Below, piece by piece: positions 18,927 to 27,872 of a DNA stretch of 32,311 nt. This stretch comes from a virus. Taxonomy: Duplodnaviria; Caudoviricetes. A model generated the notes under the pieces. That model worked only from the letters and a program-made list of their open reading frames with translations, ran no database searches and had not been told where the DNA came from. The stretch is taken from positions 1-32,311 of IMG/VR virus record IMGVR_UViG_3300032260_000014; one strand, given 5' to 3'. The first letter of the stretch is position 1, and the number at the start of each line of letters is the position of its first letter. The position numbers were made by a program, and so were the translations under genes.

Positions 18927-20936
18927 ATGTGGTATCCTATAGGAATAATATTAAATAATTTTAAAAGCTTTGAATATCAAGAATTTCCCTTCAAAAAGGG
19001 TGCTTTTCTTGTTCAAGGTGTCAATAAAACAGATGAAGGACAGCAAAGTAATGGATCTGGTAAAAGTGCTCTTAGAGAAGCCCTTTGTTATGTTTTGGAT
19101 TTACCATTAATTGCTGAAAGTTTAACTGATTTAATTAATGATAACAATGGCGCTAAAAGTTGTTCTGTTGGCTTTAGTCTCAAAAATGTTTTATCAAATC
19201 AAGAGCTAACTATAACCAGAACCACACCACTAAAAGGCAGCAGCACTCTAGTTATAATATTAAATGGTGAAGATCAAAAAGACAAATTTGCTACAGTTCC
19301 AGAAGGCAATAAGTTAATTATTGAACTATTAGGTGTTAGTAAGGAAGATCTTACCAATCATTACATTATTTCAAAAGAAAAATATAAAAGTTTTTTCTCT
19401 AGTTCAGATAAGCAAGTTAAAGAGCTTATTGGTAGGTTTAGTAATTTTAATAAAATTGATGGCGTAGAAGATATTGTTCAAAAAGATATTGATAAATTAG
19501 AATATAAACTACATGTCAATGAAAATGATTTATCAAAGTTAGAAGGTAAAGTTGAAATACTACAAGAACAATTAGAAGCAGAAAAAAATATTGACACTTC
19601 TTTAGTTAAGAGTGCTATGATTACTGAGTTTGAAAATGCTATAATTAAACATAAAGAAACTATTCAAAACAATAAAGATAATATTGTAATTTCTGAAAAT
19701 AAAATTAAGGAGTATAAGCAACAAGCAATCACTGAAAAGGCCGTTTTAAAGGTTTACAATGAAGAATTAGCGGATTTAAAGGAAGTAAGGTATGATGAAG
19801 CAATAAAAGCCTTAAATCAAGAGAAAAAGGGTGTTTTGTTAGAGAAAATTAAAATAGGTGATTCTATATCTGAATTAAATGAGAATTTAAAAGAATTTAA
19901 TAAATTTAAGATAGAAGTTGAGACAACCATTGAAGGTTCTATCAAGTGCCCTAAATGCTTACACGAATTTATTCTTGATAGTGAATTAAGTGTCGAAGAA
20001 GCACGAAAAACATTACCACAAGTTTTAGAAGAAATTGAAGGTATTAATAGCAACTTACAATTACAAGGCACACAATTAGATGAGCTTGATAAATCCATTG
20101 GTAAATTCCATGAAAAGATTCAAGATTATGATTCTAAAATTACTGAATTTGGCAACCTTAAGAGAGGTATAATCAAAAAGAAAAGCTCTAAAGAGGATGA
20201 TATTAATGACTTAACTACAAAAATTAAGTGGGAAGAAACTTGTATTGTTAATTTTTTAAATGGGATTGAATATACAGACAAGTACATTAAAGAAGCTGAA
20301 AAAGGTATTGAAGAGACTAAAGCTAAGGAAATAACAACACGTGAGAAAGAAATTCAAGAACAAATTGATTCATTAAACGAAGAGGGTGTAGTTGAGCAAG
20401 AAAAAGAAATTCAAAGAATCAAGGATGATATTTTTGATGTTGAGCAGTGGATTATTCGATTTAAGAAATTTAAATCTAGTTTAGCAAATGAATCTTTAGA
20501 AATTATACAAGGCTATGCCAATATGTATCTTCAGAAGATGAAAACTAATATTAGCCTTCAATTAGAAGGATATAAGACTCTTAAGAATGGTGACATAAGA
20601 GAGAAAATTACACCTATTATTTTAAAAAATGGTATTCAAAAGGGTACTGGAAGTTTAAAGAAATTTTCAGGTGGTGAAAGAGTTCGAGTAGATATAGCAA
20701 CAAGTGTATTGGCATTACAGAACTTAATTAATAATAGCTCACCTACAGGTGGATTAAATTTATTATTTACGGATGAAATCACTGAAGGTGTGGATGGATT
20801 AGGATTAGAAAATCTAGCTAAAAGTATAAGTGGATTAGATAAATTTTGTTATATAATTTCACATGTTCAACATGAAAGTGTTAATGAGAATATATTGACA
20901 ATCGAAAAAGTTAACGATATAAGTAAAATAATTTAA
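18927..20936 (+). CDS. sbcC: SbcC/Rad50-like SMC ATPase
   Basis: Walker A SNGSGKS, coiled coils with the CPKC zinc hook, signature FSGGE, Walker B LFTDE and the ISH loop. Confidence 0.92.
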   Translation: MWYPIGIILNNFKSFEYQEFPFKKGAFLVQGVNKTDEGQQSNGSGKSALREALCYVLDLPLIAESLTDLINDNNGAKSCSVGFSLKNVLSNQELTITRTTPLKGSSTLVIILNGEDQKDKFATVPEGNKLIIELLGVSKEDLTNHYIISKEKYKSFFSSSDKQVKELIGRFSNFNKIDGVEDIVQKDIDKLEYKLHVNENDLSKLEGKVEILQEQLEAEKNIDTSLVKSAMITEFENAIIKHKETIQNNKDNIVISENKIKEYKQQAITEKAVLKVYNEELADLKEVRYDEAIKALNQEKKGVLLEKIKIGDSISELNENLKEFNKFKIEVETTIEGSIKCPKCLHEFILDSELSVEEARKTLPQVLEEIEGINSNLQLQGTQLDELDKSIGKFHEKIQDYDSKITEFGNLKRGIIKKKSSKEDDINDLTTKIKWEETCIVNFLNGIEYTDKYIKEAEKGIEETKAKEITTREKEIQEQIDSLNEEGVVEQEKEIQRIKDDIFDVEQWIIRFKKFKSSLANESLEIIQGYANMYLQKMKTNISLQLEGYKTLKNGDIREKITPIILKNGIQKGTGSLKKFSGGERVRVDIATSVLALQNLINNSSPTGGLNLLFTDEITEGVDGLGLENLAKSISGLDKFCYIISHVQHESVNENILTIEKVNDISKII

Positions 20937-20938
20937 GT

Positions 20939-21091
20939 ATGAGTGGATTTGGAAGGGTAAAAGTACATGATTTAGGATCAACAGGTGGAGATTCTAGGGA
21001 TGAATGTAGTTGTTTTGAGTGTAAAATATATAGAGCAACCAAGCCATCAAATTGGATTAAGTTATTAATATTTTTAAAAATAATTAAATAG
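20939..21091 (+). CDS. Small hypothetical protein (50 aa, not in the ORF track)
   Basis: ATG 20939 to TAG 21091, MSGFGRVKVHDLG...CSCFEC...; it fills the gap with 2-bp spacers. Confidence 0.55.
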   Translation: MSGFGRVKVHDLGSTGGDSRDECSCFECKIYRATKPSNWIKLLIFLKIIK

Positions 21092-21093
21092 TT

Positions 21094-21333
21094 ATGGCAA
21101 AACCAATATTTATAATAGGAGTCCCTGAGCTTTTAGAAGCAGAATATATAGAGAAGCTAAATAAGGATATAGTATCTAAAATGAAAGATTACCACGTTTT
21201 TGTATATATCGACCAAACCTTAAAAGAGTTTAAATTCCAAGCTTTTTATGAAAAGGATTTCGATGAAGTTAAATTTGAAGAATTAAAGCAAATAATAAAA
21301 GATTCAGTTAGTAATGGCGATAACCAAGAATAA
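21094..21333 (+). CDS. Hypothetical protein
   Basis: 79-aa ORF in the operon. Confidence 0.65.
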   Translation: MAKPIFIIGVPELLEAEYIEKLNKDIVSKMKDYHVFVYIDQTLKEFKFQAFYEKDFDEVKFEELKQIIKDSVSNGDNQE

Positions 21334-21811
21334 TTTAATTTGTAAAATCTACAATAATCAAAAGGTTAATTCCAAAAGGAGAAAACATCCTCCACCTAAT
21401 TATAGTAGGGTGGAATTAAGAGATTGGTTATTTAGTCAACAATTGTTTCATGAACTGTATAATAACTGGAAGAATAATAACTATATTAGCGATTTAAAAC
21501 CTTCTCTTGATAGGAAAAATAGTTATTTATCCTATACCTTGAAAAATATTCAACTCATGACGTGGGGTGAGAATAACCGTAAAGGTAACATAGATAGGAA
21601 AATTGGTATAAATAATAAAAACTCTAAAGCTGTATGTCAGTTTGACAAAGAAGGGATTTTTATCAAAGATTTCTTTTCTCAAAGTGAAGCATCTAGACAA
21701 ACAGGAATTAATAAAACAGGAATATCTTCAGTTTGTAGAGGTAAGGGTAAAGCAGCTGGAGGTTATATTTGGAAATTTAAACAAAATATAAAATTATGTG
21801 GTGGAAATTAA
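21314..21811 (+). CDS. His-Me finger (HNH-like) endonuclease with C-terminal NUMOD1 DNA-binding domain
   Basis: PSLDRKNS...YTLKNIQLMTWGEN and AVCQFDKEGIFIKDFFSQSEASRQTGI...AGGYIWKF. Confidence 0.8.
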   Translation: MAITKNNLICKIYNNQKVNSKRRKHPPPNYSRVELRDWLFSQQLFHELYNNWKNNNYISDLKPSLDRKNSYLSYTLKNIQLMTWGENNRKGNIDRKIGINNKNSKAVCQFDKEGIFIKDFFSQSEASRQTGINKTGISSVCRGKGKAAGGYIWKFKQNIKLCGGN

Positions 21812-22284
21812 TTTATTTAGGTATTTCAATCCTTTCTTTTTCAAGCTTTATAGCTTTTATTTGGATTAAGTATGGTGCTCAAGGGAGTGTTTCTAAAAGT
21901 TATTATAAATTAAGAAAAAAATACAAGGTTGTATTTTCTTTAGCTATTGGTGTATTAGCTATACCATTAACAATGATTGCGGTATCAAGACTAATGTTAG
22001 CTGCTTGTGGTTTAATTACTGTGGTGGGACTTGCTGCTAATTTTAAAGAAAGCAAGCTTGAAAAAATTGTACATATGGTTGGAGCTTTTGGTGGTTCTGG
22101 ATTATCATTATTATCAATATGGCTTTTTTATGGCTTATGGCAAGTTGTAGTTATTGATGCAATTATAGCATTATTTATATCAATCGGTTTATATATTTTC
22201 AATAAGAACACCTATATTTGGTGGATGGAGTTAATAGTAATTGTATCTACATGGGTTGTGTTGTTTATGGACATAATAAAATAA
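21796..22284 (+). CDS. Integral membrane protein
   Basis: About 5-6 hydrophobic segments. Confidence 0.7.
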   Translation: MWWKLIYLGISILSFSSFIAFIWIKYGAQGSVSKSYYKLRKKYKVVFSLAIGVLAIPLTMIAVSRLMLAACGLITVVGLAANFKESKLEKIVHMVGAFGGSGLSLLSIWLFYGLWQVVVIDAIIALFISIGLYIFNKNTYIWWMELIVIVSTWVVLFMDIIK

Positions 22285-22285
22285 T

Positions 22286-22615
22286 ATGGAATTTAAATGT
22301 AATAAAGAGGATTGTGAGGAATTTGATAAAATCATCAAATTTACAGAAGTAAGGGTAAAATATAATAAGCTTACTGATAGTACTGAATATTATAATACTA
22401 AAACTGATCATCAATTAATTTGTCCTAATTGTCTTGAGGTATTAATTGAGCATAAGGGTGAATTTCAAGGATTTGGGGTAGGTAGAAGTACTTTTAACGA
22501 TAAATCACCTCAACAAAAAAGAGAGATCCTTAAAAAGCGTGAAAAGGAACATCAAAAAGGAGATAAAGTTTTTCATGAATACAAGAAATTTAAAGACAAT
22601 GGAGGAAAAGACTAA
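22286..22615 (+). CDS. Hypothetical zinc-ribbon protein
   Basis: CNKEDC...CPNC. Confidence 0.6.
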   Translation: MEFKCNKEDCEEFDKIIKFTEVRVKYNKLTDSTEYYNTKTDHQLICPNCLEVLIEHKGEFQGFGVGRSTFNDKSPQQKREILKKREKEHQKGDKVFHEYKKFKDNGGKD

Positions 22616-22929
22616 TGGCTAAATTAAAAAAACAACAACTAGATTTATTAGAAGATTTATCTAAAGATCACCAAATATATATTATAGTTGATAGGTTTGA
22701 TTTATTTGAACCAGAAATATATGTTTGTAATGACTTTAGAGAAGCTGTTAATGGTGTAGCATTTCATAGTTTAAGGAACTATAAGAAGATTACATCTATA
22801 GTTGATAGTAACTCTACATATGTTAATTCTCCTAGTGCTATAGGTGTTATAAATACAGCAATTGATATCATGATTCCTATTACTCAAGAGAGAAAGTATA
22901 GTGAAACATTTATTTGGATAAAATTATAA
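22615..22929 (+). CDS. Hypothetical protein
   Basis: TAATG coupling to the upstream gene. Confidence 0.65.
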   Translation: MAKLKKQQLDLLEDLSKDHQIYIIVDRFDLFEPEIYVCNDFREAVNGVAFHSLRNYKKITSIVDSNSTYVNSPSAIGVINTAIDIMIPITQERKYSETFIWIKL

Positions 22930-22952
22930 GTATTAATTAAAAATCGTAAATT

Positions 22953-23183
22953 ATGAGTAACGAAACGAATTACTTAACCACTGAAATAGATTTGAGAATT
23001 CAGTATGAAATAGAGACTGGTGTGAATATTCATGATGATTTAATTTTAGGTAACAGCACACCTCTTCCAAAATATGTTAAATATCTTGAAGAAAAAATCT
23101 TAAAGAGTAATATTAAAAAAGTTAATGAATTACTTAGTATTGCTTCTAAAGAAGATGAAGAGGAGGTGAGTTGTGAAAATTAG
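22953..23183 (+). CDS. Hypothetical protein
   Basis: 76-aa ORF in the operon. Confidence 0.6.
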   Translation: MSNETNYLTTEIDLRIQYEIETGVNIHDDLILGNSTPLPKYVKYLEEKILKSNIKKVNELLSIASKEDEEEVSCEN

Positions 23184-23688
23184 AGGAGGTGTTGATCCAG
23201 GGAAACAAGGATATATTACAATCATAATAGACGGCAATATGATAGAATTTTTTGAATTTCCTAAGATCGGTAAGAATGTTGATTTGCACTCTTTAGATGA
23301 AATATTTAAAGGAATCAAAGACTTAGGTGGAGATTTATTATTTATTATGGAAGATGTGCACGCTATATTTGGATCATCAGCTAAAGCTACATTTTCATTT
23401 GGACATATAGTTGGAGCTTTAGAGGTAATGTTGATTGCTAATAGTATTCCCTTTGTTTTAGTTCAACCTAAGAAATGGCAAAAAGAAATGTGGGAAGGTG
23501 TTCCGCTACAGAAAAAATCTTCTTCAACAGGTAAAACAAAAGTTACAGATACTAAAGCTATGTCTTTAATTGCAGCTAAAAGAATTTTTCCTAATGAAGA
23601 TTTAAGAAGAAATAGTAGATGTAAGGTTGCTCATGACGGCAAAGTGGATTCATTGCTAATAGCCGAATACGCACGAAGAAATTACTAA
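23173..23688 (+). CDS. RuvC-like Holliday junction resolvase
   Basis: GVDPGKQG, IMEDVHA, SAKATFSFG, VQPKKWQK and HDGKVDSLLIAEY. Confidence 0.85.
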   Translation: MKIRGGVDPGKQGYITIIIDGNMIEFFEFPKIGKNVDLHSLDEIFKGIKDLGGDLLFIMEDVHAIFGSSAKATFSFGHIVGALEVMLIANSIPFVLVQPKKWQKEMWEGVPLQKKSSSTGKTKVTDTKAMSLIAAKRIFPNEDLRRNSRCKVAHDGKVDSLLIAEYARRNY

Positions 23689-23696
23689 TTATTATC

Positions 23697-23727
23697 ACCC
23701 AAATTAAAAAAGTTTGGGTTTTATTTT
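23697..23727 (+). terminator. Intrinsic terminator
   Basis: ACCCAAA (23697-23703) pairs with TTTGGGT (23713-23719), followed by TTTATTTT. Confidence 0.7.
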
Positions 23728-23755
23728 GTTTTTAAAAATATAGTTTATATATTTG
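23723..23755 (+). promoter_or_regulatory. Bacteroidota-type promoter, copy A of an exact 33-bp repeat
   Basis: ATTTTGTTTTTAAAAATATAGTTTATATATTTG = TTTG-N19-TATATTTG, identical to 25118-25150. Confidence 0.85.
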
Positions 23756-23787
23756 CGTCTTTAATATTATTAACGAAATCAAAAATA

Positions 23788-24450
23788 ATGAGAAATATTA
23801 AAAGAATTATTTTATTAATTGCATTTTTATCAACTTCTTTATTGGCAATTACTCCCAAACCTATTGCTAAATTAAGCGGTAAAATGACATGGGTAATTAC
23901 AGAAACTGTAAAAGCTGATTTTAGCACTGCTATAACCTTAACATTTAAATATGAAGGCTTTTATAGTAATCATTCTGTAGATAGGGGAGGGATGACATAT
24001 ATGGGCATTACTCGTAATTGCCACCCTAAATGGAAAGGGTGGAAGGTCATCGACAAAAAAGGTTATTTAAAATGGAATGAAGAAGTTCCTGAATTACTGC
24101 CTTTGGTTTTAGAATTTTATGAAAATAAATATTGGACCAGTTTAAAACTAAATGAATTATCTTCTCAATTAATAGCTAATGAAATTATGGATAAAGTTAT
24201 CCATAATGGTCATCAAGGTGGCTTAAGATTAGTTACAAGAGCACTTAATACCATTAATGGATCAAAGTTGCATACAAGCTGGAAAATGACTGAAGAAATA
24301 ATTCTAGCTCTACAACAGGTTGATGAAAGAGAATTTATGGAAGCATTTAATATGCATCTTAAAAATAGATATTATTCTATAGTAAATAATAACCCAAGTC
24401 AGAAAATCTTCCTAAAGAGCTGGCTAACACGAATAAATTACATTTCATAA
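23788..24450 (+). CDS. Glycoside hydrolase family 108 muramidase with N-terminal signal peptide
   Basis: EGFYSNHSVDRGGMTYMGIT catalytic motif, FYENKYW, C-terminal SQKIFLKSWLTR, and leader MRNIKRIILLIAFLSTSLLA. Confidence 0.85.
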   Translation: MRNIKRIILLIAFLSTSLLAITPKPIAKLSGKMTWVITETVKADFSTAITLTFKYEGFYSNHSVDRGGMTYMGITRNCHPKWKGWKVIDKKGYLKWNEEVPELLPLVLEFYENKYWTSLKLNELSSQLIANEIMDKVIHNGHQGGLRLVTRALNTINGSKLHTSWKMTEEIILALQQVDEREFMEAFNMHLKNRYYSIVNNNPSQKIFLKSWLTRINYIS

Positions 24451-24554
24451 TGAACAAAAAACTGGAAATATTACTAAAAAGACTCGAAGAGCGCAATAAG
24501 GCAATGGCTTTATTGTTAGACAAACCAAAAGTAAAATCAACTACTAAAAAATAA
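24450..24554 (+). CDS. Small basic peptide (34 aa, not in the ORF track)
   Basis: TAATG coupling; MNKKLEILLKRLEERNKAMALLLDKPKVKSTTKK. Confidence 0.45.
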   Translation: MNKKLEILLKRLEERNKAMALLLDKPKVKSTTKK

Positions 24555-24558
24555 AAGT

Positions 24559-24744
24559 ATGACATTTAAAGTAAAAACTTCAATATTATACATTGAAGAT
24601 GAGGATTTAAAAATCAAGTCAATGTATAAAGATATAGATAACATTAATCAGACCGATATATCAGATAGAGGTATTGTTCTACAAAATAATGTTGTAATTT
24701 TCAAGCGTGGTAAAAAATTGAAAGTATTAAAATCAAGATATTAA
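24559..24744 (+). CDS. Hypothetical protein
   Basis: 61-aa co-oriented ORF. Confidence 0.55.
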   Translation: MTFKVKTSILYIEDEDLKIKSMYKDIDNINQTDISDRGIVLQNNVVIFKRGKKLKVLKSRY

Positions 24745-24777
24745 ATCATCCTAAACAACTAAAAAAATAAACTGTCT

Positions 24778-25116
24778 ATGAAAAACCTAACAGTAGAATT
24801 TAATGTCCTTAAATCAAAAGAAACATATCAAAAAAGAGATTTCTTACTCAGTCTTATTGCTAGTATGATAAGTAACATTCCAGAAAGATGTAATTTCATA
24901 GATAATTTCAGTACACCTATGAAGGTGCATAAAGCTGACGATGGAATGAGTCAGGTAATTGATAGTATATTTGGTTACTATATTTATCTTCATGACAATG
25001 AACCAAGTAATACAGCATTTAAAGCAGCAGCATTTCATGATTTACGTGGCTATTTAGAAGCAAGGGAAGGATTTTCTCCTAGAACTAAGAGCTATATTTG
25101 TTATTTAAAAGAATAA
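24778..25116 (+). CDS. Hypothetical protein
   Basis: 112-aa co-oriented ORF. Confidence 0.65.
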   Translation: MKNLTVEFNVLKSKETYQKRDFLLSLIASMISNIPERCNFIDNFSTPMKVHKADDGMSQVIDSIFGYYIYLHDNEPSNTAFKAAAFHDLRGYLEAREGFSPRTKSYICYLKE

Positions 25117-25117
25117 A

Positions 25118-25150
25118 ATTTTGTTTTTAAAAATATAGTTTATATATTTG
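25118..25150 (+). promoter_or_regulatory. Bacteroidota-type promoter, copy B of an exact 33-bp repeat
   Basis: Identical to 23723-23755. Confidence 0.85.
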
Positions 25151-25177
25151 TAAAGTCAATCAAAAATTATAATCGGT

Positions 25178-25624
25178 ATGAAAAACTTAAAACAAGTACA
25201 AGGGTTCCTTAATAACATTCCTAATATTAATTCTGGTGGTTGTGGTATAGCAGCTCTTGCTATATATAGGTGGCTTAAACAAAATAATCAACTTACTAAA
25301 GATACTAAATTTGTTTATTATTATTTTAGTGAAGATAGAAGTGAAATAAGTTACAATCATTATTTAAATAATTCAAATGTGTTAGAAAATAATAATGGTG
25401 AACCAGAAGCATGTGCTCATGCAGGTATTTATTACAGAAGAAAGTATTTAGACAGTAATGGTAAAATAGATACATGGAAATTTGAACATGACCATTATGT
25501 TAATGAAAAATTTATTGTAAACTCTATTAATAATTTAGGGTGTTGGAATAGTTCTTTTGAAAGATCTCATATAGGCGAGATTGAAGATAGGTTAAATATT
25601 AAATTAAACGATATATATAATTAG
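25178..25624 (+). CDS. Hypothetical protein with a possible papain/transglutaminase-like Cys-His-Asp triad
   Basis: SGGCGIAALAIYRWL (Cys at the start of a helix), then CAHAGIYYRRKYLDSNG. Confidence 0.5.
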   Translation: MKNLKQVQGFLNNIPNINSGGCGIAALAIYRWLKQNNQLTKDTKFVYYYFSEDRSEISYNHYLNNSNVLENNNGEPEACAHAGIYYRRKYLDSNGKIDTWKFEHDHYVNEKFIVNSINNLGCWNSSFERSHIGEIEDRLNIKLNDIYN

Positions 25625-25626
25625 TT

Positions 25627-25884
25627 ATGAAAATAAAGAAGTGGGTTAAGAATTGGCTTTTAAAAAAAGATATAATAGAAATATTTCACGAGTTAGATGG
25701 ATATGAAGAATATAATAGAAAACAATTTCTTAAAGACAAAGTAAAACTTCAAGAAATTGTTGATCGTTATCCATACTTAATACAGAGGAATAATGAATTA
25801 GTAGTTGTAGATGGAAATGTATATAAAATAGTTGGAATTACAATAGGATTAAAATTAATTCAATTGTACGTTATCAATATATAA
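25627..25884 (+). CDS. Hypothetical protein
   Basis: 85-aa ORF in the operon. Confidence 0.6.
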   Translation: MKIKKWVKNWLLKKDIIEIFHELDGYEEYNRKQFLKDKVKLQEIVDRYPYLIQRNNELVVVDGNVYKIVGITIGLKLIQLYVINI

Positions 25885-25894
25885 AATAATTAAA

Positions 25895-27370
25895 ATGACT
25901 GAAAAAATACTAAGTAAATATCAAATTGCAATAGATAAGATTTATACTACTACAAATAAGAATATATTCGTAAGCGCAGGTCCTGGCAGTGGGAAAAGTT
26001 TTTTGCTTCAATATTTACTAAAGAAAACCCCTTTCTATAAAAAATCTATATTGACAGCATTCAATAAAAGTATAGCTGAAGAACTCAAAACAAAAGTTCC
26101 TAGTGGAACAGAAGTAAGTACTATTCATTCTTTAGGTTTTAAAATACTGAGACAAAACGTCTATGGTCAGTTTAAGTTAAATGAAATCAAAACCTTTATC
26201 TTAGCTAAGAAAGTTGTTGAAGATATCTTTAAAAAGCGCAAAAATGGTTACAAACAGTATAGTATCTATCTATTTACTATTGCTAAATTATATGATCTAT
26301 ATAGGTTGAATTTAGCTAGTAAAACTGTTGAAGCTTTAGAGGCACTTGCTGATGAATATAGTGTTGAATTATTAGAAATAACAACTATACAAGATACTTT
26401 GAAAGTAATTGACTATATTGAAAATTACAATAATCAAAGTCATAAAGAAATGATGATTGATTTTACAGATATGTTGTGGTTGGCTTATATTAACGTTGAC
26501 AAAAACTACTTTCCTAAGTATGATGTTGTGTTTGTAGATGAAGTTCAAGATTTAAATCCTTTACAGAGAGAGGTTGTGTTAAGGTTAATTGATAAGGGTG
26601 GTAGATTCATCGCTGTGGGCGATTTTCGACAGGCGATTTATTCTTTCATGGGGTCAAATTTAGATAGTTTCAATAAGCTTAAAAACTACCCTAATACAGA
26701 GGTTTTACCTCTATCAGTTTCTTATCGTTGTGGTAGTAGTATCATTGAAATGGCTAATGGTGTATTTCCAGGATTAGAGGCTTTTGAAGGTAATCCTGAA
26801 GGAATTATTAGAGAAGGTAATTTTAGAGATATTAAAGAAGGTGACATGTTGTTGTGTAGAAATAATCTTCCTTTAATCGAAACCTTCTTAGAGCTCTTAA
26901 ATTTAGGCAAGAAATCATATATAATGGGCAAGGATTTTGGTAATGCTTTAACTAACTTAGTTAATTCAGTTGAATCGGTTGAAGATTTTGAAGAAATGCT
27001 TAATAAAAAAATTGACCAATTACAGAAGCGTGGTATTGATAATCCATTTAACAATAAAGGATATGTTGCTTTAAGAGAGAAAATTGATATTATAAAGTTA
27101 TTAATCGAAAGAAAAGGTTATTCTCTTGAAGAAGTAGTTGGTTTATTTAATAATCTCTTCAGAGATAAGCCAAATTCTAAAGATAGTGTAACACTTTCCA
27201 CAATTCATAAGTCGAAAGGGCTTGAAAGTGAGCGAGTTATCTGGTTATATCCCGAATTAATACCAAGTCAGTATGCTAAAACTGAACTTGAAATGTATCA
27301 AGAAAAATGTTTGCGTTATGTGGTGATAACCAGAACAATAAGTGAATTAATAATTATAAAACAAGGATAA
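25895..27370 (+). CDS. UvrD/Rep-like superfamily 1 helicase
   Basis: AGPGSGKS, AFNK, VDEVQD, GDFRQAIYSF, SYRC, STIHKSKGLE and YVVITR. Confidence 0.93.
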   Translation: MTEKILSKYQIAIDKIYTTTNKNIFVSAGPGSGKSFLLQYLLKKTPFYKKSILTAFNKSIAEELKTKVPSGTEVSTIHSLGFKILRQNVYGQFKLNEIKTFILAKKVVEDIFKKRKNGYKQYSIYLFTIAKLYDLYRLNLASKTVEALEALADEYSVELLEITTIQDTLKVIDYIENYNNQSHKEMMIDFTDMLWLAYINVDKNYFPKYDVVFVDEVQDLNPLQREVVLRLIDKGGRFIAVGDFRQAIYSFMGSNLDSFNKLKNYPNTEVLPLSVSYRCGSSIIEMANGVFPGLEAFEGNPEGIIREGNFRDIKEGDMLLCRNNLPLIETFLELLNLGKKSYIMGKDFGNALTNLVNSVESVEDFEEMLNKKIDQLQKRGIDNPFNNKGYVALREKIDIIKLLIERKGYSLEEVVGLFNNLFRDKPNSKDSVTLSTIHKSKGLESERVIWLYPELIPSQYAKTELEMYQEKCLRYVVITRTISELIIIKQG

Positions 27371-27393
27371 ATTTAAATTAAAACTATTTAATC

Positions 27394-27828
27394 ATGAAAA
27401 CATTAATTTTAACGCTTGTAACGCTTTTATTGTCAATAACGATAGTAAGTGCTCAATTAAAAATAGAAGACCCACACGGATACGTTAATCACGCAACAGC
27501 TGGGGTTTTAATTGGAGCTGGTAGTAATATAATTACTTATCAGTTTTTAATCAAATATACCAATTTAAGTGTCAAACAATGTAAAGTTATTGCATTTTTA
27601 TTTGGTGTGGGGTCTGGATTTTTAGCAGGACATACATGGGAATCTTATCAAATGAAGAATGGTGGATTCTACAGTAAGAATGATATGTTGTTTGCTGGAG
27701 GAGGTTCGACTTTTAGTTCAGTAGGAGTAAGTTTCATTGTGGGATTTAAAGGATCAATTCCTAAAAGCAGACTACCAATTGATTTTGAGGTTGAACCATA
27801 CAATCCACCTTTGGTAAAAATAAAATAG
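27394..27828 (+). CDS. Exported or membrane hypothetical protein
   Basis: Signal peptide MKTLILTLVTLLLSITIVSA and Gly-rich hydrophobic segments. Confidence 0.65.
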   Translation: MKTLILTLVTLLLSITIVSAQLKIEDPHGYVNHATAGVLIGAGSNIITYQFLIKYTNLSVKQCKVIAFLFGVGSGFLAGHTWESYQMKNGGFYSKNDMLFAGGGSTFSSVGVSFIVGFKGSIPKSRLPIDFEVEPYNPPLVKIK

Positions 27829-27872
27829 AATTTTGATGAAATGGATTAATATTAACTATAAATTAATTTATT

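Noticed and set aside
21796-22284. Holin call for the membrane protein
   Set aside because: It has too many transmembrane segments, sits in the recombination operon, and is separated from the muramidase by a terminator and a promoter.
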